IMG/VR virus record: IMGVR_UViG_3300034061_004620
Length of the DNA stretch: 64,000 nt
Source: a virus
Lineage: Duplodnaviria > Caudoviricetes
Direction: 5' to 3' (one strand)
In this document: positions 57,250 through 64,000 of the stretch, piece after piece
Numbering within the stretch: the first letter of the stretch is position 1
Layout: every line of letters begins with the position of its first letter
The notes under the pieces: generated by a model
The model's database searches: none
What the model was told of the DNA's origin: nothing
What the model saw: the letters and a program-made list of their open reading frames with translations, nothing else
Translations under genes and position numbers: made by a program

Positions 57250-57255
57250 TATTTA
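57250..57255 (-). promoter_or_regulatory. Late promoter core TAAATA, 5 nt before an ATG
   Basis: The minus strand reads GTAAATA CTAAT ATG. Confidence 0.6.
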
Positions 57256-57261
57256 CTCTCG

Positions 57262-58551
57262 TTATGGAAGTGATTCTGTGGAAACATCTGCGTTAAGATT
57301 CTGAATAGCAAATTTGCCTGCTTGATAAAACAAAGCACCCGGACGTCCTTGGCTGTCTTTTTCTTTGCCTTTTTGACGCCACTCTTTTGCCTTGGCAGCT
57401 GGCAGCGAGTTGGCATAATCATCGCCGGTAGCTTTCAATTTGCTTACATCAACTTTGGCTGCGGCTTTCTTAAATTGTGCTGCAGACCCTTGCAGTGCAG
57501 GATCAAGCGCAGTTTGTACACTTTGTGCAGTGGCAGTAGCAGTGCCAGTAATATTAGGTATTCCGGATAGTGCCTGTGTGTCAACTGCAACCCCACTACT
57601 GGAAACACTAACAGTGGGCAAAGCCGACTGCAAGTTTTGTGCTATAGACGAAACTCCACTTTGAGCAAGTTGCGAAGCTGCCTGTAGTGGCGCTGCTGCG
57701 GTGCTCAACAGTCCGCCCAGGTCACTGGCCAGCCCTGATGCAGCTGATACTAAACTACTTGTGTCAGTACTCATCAATCCTGTTATAGACGATAATCCTT
57801 GTTGTAAAGTAGGATTGGCGTCTTGAAATTGATAAGACACAGCCAGCATACCTGCTACTACTTCTTTTGTGTCATAATCTTTGATTGCCCCCGATTTTAT
57901 ACCAGCGGTGTATTGTGCTAACAAAAATTTTTCCATGATGCGGTCTTGCACGTTCACATCAAAAATAAATTCTACTTCCGTGTTTACTCCGTCTTTGCCT
58001 GTATATGCAGCACCATTTGCAAATTTGTATCCGTAATTGATCAGAGTTTTGTTGTGTACTGCATATCTACCAATTCTGGGTGGCACATTGTATGTGCTAT
58101 CATTGTTGGTCTCCATAAAAGCAATCTGTACCATTAAAGCCTTGACATCGCTTTCCCGTAATGTGGGAATATCTTTTTTTACTTTAGGTGTTGGTGCTCC
58201 AATTGGTGCAGCAGGATCATCGAGCAGACTTCTGGGAGCGCCTTGGCCAAATGCTTGTTTTCTGGCTTCTTCAATTCCAACATTATTAGATTGGCTTTTG
58301 GCCTGTTGTCCAGGTGCGGCACTGGGTGTACCAAGATTGGCAGTAATAGAGCCCACAGCATTGTTGATATTTGCCTGTACACCCGGAGGTAGATTGTTGG
58401 TCAATGTTAAAACTGTAGAAGCATTAACACCGCCTGACTCAAATGCACTAAACATGGCCGATGCTGTGCTTGCTCCTGCTTGTACTTGTGCAGTTGCCTG
58501 TGGATTATTTTGTACAATTTGATTGACCAATTGTGTTACATTAATAGCCAT
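57262..58551 (-). CDS. Tail/baseplate protein with a lysozyme-like central domain flanked by Ala/Ser/Gln-rich segments
   Basis: Start refined to MAINVTQ. IAFMETNN..YN...IGRY resembles the lysozyme-superfamily E...Y...G.YQ motif. Confidence 0.5.
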   Translation of the reverse strand: MAINVTQLVNQIVQNNPQATAQVQAGASTASAMFSAFESGGVNASTVLTLTNNLPPGVQANINNAVGSITANLGTPSAAPGQQAKSQSNNVGIEEARKQAFGQGAPRSLLDDPAAPIGAPTPKVKKDIPTLRESDVKALMVQIAFMETNNDSTYNVPPRIGRYAVHNKTLINYGYKFANGAAYTGKDGVNTEVEFIFDVNVQDRIMEKFLLAQYTAGIKSGAIKDYDTKEVVAGMLAVSYQFQDANPTLQQGLSSITGLMSTDTSSLVSAASGLASDLGGLLSTAAAPLQAASQLAQSGVSSIAQNLQSALPTVSVSSSGVAVDTQALSGIPNITGTATATAQSVQTALDPALQGSAAQFKKAAAKVDVSKLKATGDDYANSLPAAKAKEWRQKGKEKDSQGRPGALFYQAGKFAIQNLNADVSTESLP

Positions 58552-58552
58552 A

Positions 58553-60229
58553 TTATTCGTCCTGATTTTGATTGGGTTCGGCCAAGCCACTGCTGAGTTT
58601 TTTCTTGCCAGTTTGCCTTGACCAAGGTTCGTGTGTGGGCGTAAACGGAGCAATGCTGGCCAATCCGCTTTGTGGATCTAATTCCCAACGTTTGGTGTCT
58701 GGATTGAATCTAACATTATCTTGTTGATACAACTGCATGGCCGGATTGATCAATGGTTCTACTGGTGTAGGAGGGATCTTGGGATTTTCTGGCACTTTAC
58801 CATCGGTGTTGACATACACTTGTGCACCACCTTTAAACCATAGTTCTCCTGAAGTAACTTTCCATCCACTGGTTACACCCGAACTGGCATTGGTATTTGA
58901 GCTTATTATAAACTCGCTCTGTGAATTAAAAGTTACATTGCCTTGTGATCTAACATTGGTCCAACGAGACGATGTTATCATGGTATCTTGTGTTTTGATA
59001 TTGAAAAGACCTGCAGTTTCTATGCTGGCATTTAATGCTCTAATATCTATACTGCCGCCGCTGCGTAAACCAACCACACCTGCGTTGATATTGTATAAAT
59101 CCTTGGCAGTGATAAGCTGCAAAGCAGTTTGCGATTCAATTGACGCACCTGCATACATTTTTATTGTGGATCCGGCATTAATGTTAACATTACCATCAGC
59201 ATGAAAATTCAAATCCATCTCAGATCGGAGATTTAAACTATCGCCACTGTAGATATTAATACTGCCCTTAGGCGTAAACTCCAACCAGGCAGTGCCTTTG
59301 TTGTTGATTATATATAAAACTTCGTTGGTATCATTGAACAATATCTGATGCCCGCCAGCTGATCTCAATCTTACAAGCTGGCTGTCTCCGTATAAGTCGC
59401 CATCATCCATTACAAAAGTATGTCCGCCTCGACGTTCTGTTGGACGCCAATCTTGTATCTGTTCACCTTGATTGCCCAATTTAAGAGCATCATCTAACGA
59501 TTCTCTGTCGGGATATTTGTCAGTTATATCTGGAAATCCACGGCCAGGCGTGCTGAAGCCAAACACTCTACTGGGCGATTCTCTGGTGCTTGAACTGGTA
59601 ATTGTTCCTCGATCGGGATCAGTTTCCAAGCCTTGTTGGATAACAATATTTGATTGGTAAGTGTGTAAAACTCTATCCAATTCAAGATAATTTCGTGAAG
59701 TATTTCGGTCTTCACTTTCTAAATTTACCTCACTGGCTGGCAAGAACACATCGTCGGCTGGTATATCTCGGTCGGCACCAAAAGTTGTGTCGAGTGTGAT
59801 AAAAGTAGTGCCTGATGGTCTTGCTATTCCCGGTACCATGTGCGTGGATTCTACATTTTGAACACAAGCGAACCAAAATCCTCTACTGATATCTCCATTT
59901 ACAAAAGTAACCAACACTTGGTTTTCTAAGTCAGGCGGCACTGCCCAAAACCCATATGTTTGAGATTCGGTTCCAAAAGAATTAGGATCATCTACTCCGG
60001 GTTTGCCTACAGTGCTTCCAAAAAACGGACTTGCATAGCTAACAGTAATGTATGGCCCTGTTTCATCGCCTTGTAATTCAGATATCCAGACATCCAATCT
60101 GCCCAGGCGAGTGGGATCAACATTATTTTTGACTATGCCAATATATGGGCCGGGATCAATTTTAATCCCGGGAGTTGCATCCTTGTCGTAATTGGGATTG
60201 ACTTTGTTTGGTTTAATTGAATCTGACAT
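58553..60229 (-). CDS. gp5: Baseplate central spike, T4 gp5/VgrG-like (OB fold plus beta-helix repeats)
   Basis: GIVKNNVDPTRLGRL.VW...ASPFFG...YGFW..PPD..NQVLV.F..GD...FW; GHTFVMDDG; RLRSAGGHQI; GxxNI-type repeats. Confidence 0.85.
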   Translation of the reverse strand: MSDSIKPNKVNPNYDKDATPGIKIDPGPYIGIVKNNVDPTRLGRLDVWISELQGDETGPYITVSYASPFFGSTVGKPGVDDPNSFGTESQTYGFWAVPPDLENQVLVTFVNGDISRGFWFACVQNVESTHMVPGIARPSGTTFITLDTTFGADRDIPADDVFLPASEVNLESEDRNTSRNYLELDRVLHTYQSNIVIQQGLETDPDRGTITSSSTRESPSRVFGFSTPGRGFPDITDKYPDRESLDDALKLGNQGEQIQDWRPTERRGGHTFVMDDGDLYGDSQLVRLRSAGGHQILFNDTNEVLYIINNKGTAWLEFTPKGSINIYSGDSLNLRSEMDLNFHADGNVNINAGSTIKMYAGASIESQTALQLITAKDLYNINAGVVGLRSGGSIDIRALNASIETAGLFNIKTQDTMITSSRWTNVRSQGNVTFNSQSEFIISSNTNASSGVTSGWKVTSGELWFKGGAQVYVNTDGKVPENPKIPPTPVEPLINPAMQLYQQDNVRFNPDTKRWELDPQSGLASIAPFTPTHEPWSRQTGKKKLSSGLAEPNQNQDE

Positions 60230-60230
60230 T

Positions 60231-63200
60231 TTATGCTATACCTGTTTTTTTGACTGTTTCTATTCGTGCAGTTTGTGCCTGGAAGAATTCTGTAGTTTCC
60301 TTTTGTAGCCTTGATAACTGGGTTAATAGTTTTAGTTTATCTAAGCCTGTATCGCTACCAACTTCTGTGTTTGTTTTAAAAGTTTTTGTTGCCAATTGAA
60401 CTATTTGATCAGCTTGTGCTTTCAAGGTTGCCTGAAACTCTTGCCTTAAAGCAATTACCTTCTCGGCTTTTTCTTCTACACTCAGCGTGTTATCATTTCT
60501 TATTCTGGTGATTTCAGCGTTAAACACCGGAATTTGAGCAGCGCGATCTCTCACTAAATCGTTATATTCGGCTTGAAATTCATCAAGGGCCAATCTTGGA
60601 TCTGGAGGCGCCTTTTCTTGGGGCGCTATAGCCGGTGCATCATTGGCATTGCTGGGTGCTGCTGCGGTTGGTTGCGGAGATGTGGCCACTGTGCCTGCGC
60701 CTGCTTGTGTTGCTATTGGATTAGTTGCAGGTTGTGCTGCGGCATTTTTCAAGTCAGCCAACTGAGTTGAATTTACCCCGGTGCTATCAACCAATTGATT
60801 TTGTTGTGACGCTGCTGCTGGAGTTGGTGTAGTGGTCTCGGTGGCGGCCACAGTGGCCTGCAGTTCAACCTTGGGCGAAAGTCGTGGTGTATCGTCGTAG
60901 AACAAATCGTTTGGCATTTTTACAAGATCAAGTGTTTGTTCAAATTTTCCGCGATTGAAATCGCTTTTTACCTTGAGCACTTTGTAAACACCACTGAATG
61001 TGGAATCAGTCATTTTACCGTTGCTTAATTTTATTTGCTTGTTTGTAATACCAGTTGTGTCATCAATGTCCACTGCACTTTTGACCAAAAGTTGAACAAA
61101 AACCTGTTCTTGATCAAAAATAATTTGTCCTGTGTCTGGATTGATTGGCACCGTTTCGCTGTTGTTTTCGCCCGATGATTTACTGATAATGGTATTTTGA
61201 TAATCTGGACTCATGGGATTATAGTAAATGTCATCCTGTTTGATGAATGCCGGATCACCGATGATTCTTAACTGCACATTCAACATATCCCCGCCCGGGC
61301 GGGTGTAAATGCTGTCGGCAATATCAGCCACCGCACTGGAATCCGGTTTTGCAGTTCTGTTCATTTGTCCTGCACCTTTGGCATTTACACCCACCGGTTT
61401 ATATGTGGTGGGCAAATCCAAGTTACGTTTAGGGTTGGAATTTTTAGGGTCTACATCTCTTTGTACATTATCCTCGTTTTCCAACGGGTTACTATAGCTT
61501 GCTGCTGTGGCTGTTTTGCTGTCTTGATAGGCAGTGATTGCAGTGAAATACAAACTATCAAAATCAATTTCAATGCTCACTATGTCTTGATTCAATCCTG
61601 TGTAAAGATAATTGTATGCTCTTACAATTTTACTTTTGTTGATTCGTGTTTTAGCAAAATCAGGATGATATGCATTTGCTGTTCGATAAGGCACAATTGA
61701 ATATACTGCGGTTTTACTATAGGCATTGGCACTATCATCAAATCCATTCATGTATATTTGTGGTACAATTTTGTACCAGTCTAAAAATTTGTATTTGTTT
61801 AGCTCTGCTTCGGCTTCGCGTAATTCTCTGAGACGCTGTTCTTTATCTGCAGTATTTTGATTGGGATCATTAAGTAAATCACTTCGGTTGGCAATGATTT
61901 CTCTATTTCGTGCTATGGCTTCTTTGGCATCTTTCACTTGATCGGTAATGTATGCACTGCTTTGCATTATTCTATCAATCAGTTGCACAATGTTTATTCC
62001 AGGATTAATATTAAAACCTTGTTTAGTTTTGCCTTCGGGTAATTTTGCTGTGGCAGTAGTTTTGAAGGCTTGACCAGGTTCGGTCATTGGCATAGTGCGA
62101 GCTTCAGCAAATTTTTCATCAACTATTTTGCTTTTTTGTATTCGTGGGTCTGCAATATTGAAAGCAATCAAAGCTGGTGGTAATTTAAATGTTTTTCCCG
62201 AGCCTGACACCCCACGCATGAACGTGTTAAAGCCTGCTGGATAACTTTTTGTTGTATAGGTATATGTTGCCCTTAATCGATTGCGTTCTTCGGTAAGTTC
62301 TGCTGCTGTTGGTTTAGTACCAGAATTTTTTTCGGTTTGTTCTGCTGCCCATTTACTTAGTTCGCTTTCTACTCGTTCTTCGTTTTGGGCCACTTCAGAT
62401 GAGAAAATTTTAGCTATTTCGTTGTTGCTGTCAAAAAATTCTCCAACAGTTCCTGCTTGTACACTCAATGCAACCGGTAAGGAAGCTATAGAATCCGAAA
62501 AAGCAGTATGGTTGTAAGGTACAGCTCTGCATCTATATTCCGTGCCTCCGGTTCCGGGCTTGATTTTCATTTCTATAATTTTTATGGCCACACGTTTTCT
62601 ATCTATTCTAATAGAATTGTTTCGTGACTCAGTCACATTTGATAAAAAATCTACTTCAAGTAGATACGGTTGATCTATGTAATTGGGGCAATTGACCGGA
62701 GGCATCATACACGCACTTTGCAATCTATCTAACAGTGTCATGCCATAAGGTTCTACTATGTTGAATGTAATTTCAATAGCATTACTGGCCTTGGTTTTGG
62801 AGTTTAATCCTACCACCGTGGTCATGCTGAGATTTTCAATAAAAAAATCTTCCATGAAATCTGGATGTCTACCTGTGCGTTTGGCTTTTGCCACATCCTT
62901 GAGCGGCTGTTCTTCAGCAAAGCCACCACCGCTGCTGATAAGAGCAAATTTTGGTTCAAAACTTTTTGGACGTTCTATCATTTCTGTGTAGTCCATGGCT
63001 GACAGGAGGTACAATGTGATCCTGTAGGTACTACTGGTGTAATCATGCAGTGCATTCTTTTTGGCTTTGGCCAATTTGAGTGACAATTCTTTTTGTTTGT
63101 CACTGTCTGACTTGCCAGTATCAACTGGTTTACTGCTGCTTGTGGTTCCAATTATGCTGTCTTGTTTGCGTTTTTCTAAATTTTTTCCTGCTTCAACCGA

Positions 63201-63998
63201 GTTGCTTTCGCTGCCTGCTGCCGCGGGAAATGCATTTGGCGGTAATTCATCGGCATTAGCTGCTCTATTTTCGTTATTTCGAATTCTATCTGCTTCCGCT
63301 GTGCTTACAGTAGCAGCAGGTACAATCAATGGGTTGGGATCAGTAGTGGTAGTTGGTTGGTTGTTACCGGCACCCACTTGCGGGGTGAGATTTTCATTTT
63401 TTAACTTGTCTTCGGCTGTTTGTCCGTCGGCTTGATTTTTCGCAGCTTGATTGTCAGTTTGTGCACCGTCGTTGGGTACTTGAGTGCTGCTGGTATTCGG
63501 CCGTATTGTTATTTCTTCGTATTGATTTTGTGGCGGCGGGCCAAGGGCATCACGGTTGGTGGTGACATTGAAATTTTTGCCTTCGGCTTCGGCTGCACGT
63601 AATGCTTTGTTTTTTTCTCTAAAATTTGCGTTCTCTAAGCCAAGAGATCTTAGATATTCGTTTTTGGCGTCTTGAGTTGCTTTGTCGTCGGCTTTGTAGG
63701 CTTGACTGTTCTTGTCGGTCCAGGCCGACATCTCGGCAGTCATTCGTGTTTCACGTGAGCCGCCGCCGGTAACAGTGGTTGTAACTTCGCCTCTTGTGGC
63801 AGCAGGGCCGGTAGTTTCAGCTTTGTCTTCTTCGTCGCTCCAACCTTTTTTAGCTGCGGCCTTTTCGTCTTCTCTCTTTTTTCGTAATCGCTCTAAGTTT
63901 TTCTCGCGGTCAACTCTGATTTCTTCGTCACGGCGTGCTCGTCGTTCTTCTGCTTCTTGTGTTCGTCTTTGATCTTCTGCTAATCTTGCTTCTTCTTC
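60231..63998 (-). CDS. Baseplate hub / tail protein (gp27-like), 5'-truncated by the window edge
   Basis: The frame stays open beyond ATG 63743 to the window end (EEEARLAEDQRRT...). NALHDY.SSTY..TLY, EPYG.TLLDRL, PYLLEVDF, LRIIGDP.FI, SGVYKV..V.SDF..GKFEQTL. Confidence 0.65.
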   Translation of the reverse strand, partial: EEEARLAEDQRRTQEAEERRARRDEEIRVDREKNLERLRKKREDEKAAAKKGWSDEEDKAETTGPAATRGEVTTTVTGGGSRETRMTAEMSAWTDKNSQAYKADDKATQDAKNEYLRSLGLENANFREKNKALRAAEAEGKNFNVTTNRDALGPPPQNQYEEITIRPNTSSTQVPNDGAQTDNQAAKNQADGQTAEDKLKNENLTPQVGAGNNQPTTTTDPNPLIVPAATVSTAEADRIRNNENRAANADELPPNAFPAAAGSESNSVEAGKNLEKRKQDSIIGTTSSSKPVDTGKSDSDKQKELSLKLAKAKKNALHDYTSSTYRITLYLLSAMDYTEMIERPKSFEPKFALISSGGGFAEEQPLKDVAKAKRTGRHPDFMEDFFIENLSMTTVVGLNSKTKASNAIEITFNIVEPYGMTLLDRLQSACMMPPVNCPNYIDQPYLLEVDFLSNVTESRNNSIRIDRKRVAIKIIEMKIKPGTGGTEYRCRAVPYNHTAFSDSIASLPVALSVQAGTVGEFFDSNNEIAKIFSSEVAQNEERVESELSKWAAEQTEKNSGTKPTAAELTEERNRLRATYTYTTKSYPAGFNTFMRGVSGSGKTFKLPPALIAFNIADPRIQKSKIVDEKFAEARTMPMTEPGQAFKTTATAKLPEGKTKQGFNINPGINIVQLIDRIMQSSAYITDQVKDAKEAIARNREIIANRSDLLNDPNQNTADKEQRLRELREAEAELNKYKFLDWYKIVPQIYMNGFDDSANAYSKTAVYSIVPYRTANAYHPDFAKTRINKSKIVRAYNYLYTGLNQDIVSIEIDFDSLYFTAITAYQDSKTATAASYSNPLENEDNVQRDVDPKNSNPKRNLDLPTTYKPVGVNAKGAGQMNRTAKPDSSAVADIADSIYTRPGGDMLNVQLRIIGDPAFIKQDDIYYNPMSPDYQNTIISKSSGENNSETVPINPDTGQIIFDQEQVFVQLLVKSAVDIDDTTGITNKQIKLSNGKMTDSTFSGVYKVLKVKSDFNRGKFEQTLDLVKMPNDLFYDDTPRLSPKVELQATVAATETTTPTPAAASQQNQLVDSTGVNSTQLADLKNAAAQPATNPIATQAGAGTVATSPQPTAAAPSNANDAPAIAPQEKAPPDPRLALDEFQAEYNDLVRDRAAQIPVFNAEITRIRNDNTLSVEEKAEKVIALRQEFQATLKAQADQIVQLATKTFKTNTEVGSDTGLDKLKLLTQLSRLQKETTEFFQAQTARIETVKKTGIA

Positions 63999-64000
63999 CT

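Noticed and set aside
57322-63972. Plus-strand ORFs opposite the baseplate genes (e.g. 58037-58522, 58737-59204, 63061-63435, 63712-63972)
   Set aside because: Antisense shadows of long, well-supported minus-strand genes, with no motifs or RBS.
1-64000. Stop-codon recoding (alternative genetic code)
   Set aside because: Standard translation gives full-length enzymes, an uninterrupted 14-kb ORF and near-complete coding density.
1-64000. tRNA, rRNA or large ncRNA genes
   Set aside because: Intergenic gaps are nearly all under about 75 nt and no cloverleaf or T-loop pattern was seen; not confirmed with tRNAscan or Infernal.

Overview
This window is a gene-dense, AT-rich segment of a large lytic myovirus-type phage with a T4-like baseplate. 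I saw no tRNA, rRNA, CRISPR array, integrase or transposase. It has three parts. (1) About 1-5.1 kb, + strand: small hypothetical and membrane genes, a SAM methyltransferase, DHFR and thymidylate synthase. (2) About 5.1-30.8 kb: a ~26-kb tailoring-enzyme cluster with six radical SAM proteins carrying an N-terminal twitch domain, one B12-type radical SAM, two NDP-sugar SDRs, a DegT aminotransferase, about six glycosyltransferase-like proteins (GT-A/GT8-like and GT10-like), a NodU/CmcH carbamoyltransferase, two SGNH-like proteins, a CysC-like kinase, an HxGH nucleotidyltransferase, a probable 2OG-Fe(II) oxygenase and a dCMP deaminase. (3) About 30.8-64 kb, - strand: tail fibre and baseplate module with gp6-, gp25-, gp5- and hub-like genes and a 4730-aa giant protein. 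The best candidate for an undescribed system is part (2), a phage-encoded, apparently late-expressed radical-SAM/glycan tailoring pathway next to the tail fibre genes. A second strong oddity is a 64-aa Trp/Tyr/Gly-rich loop inserted into one of two duplicated domains of a tail fibre, followed by a pair of CFI-box-like domains. All function calls come from motif recognition; no database search was run.
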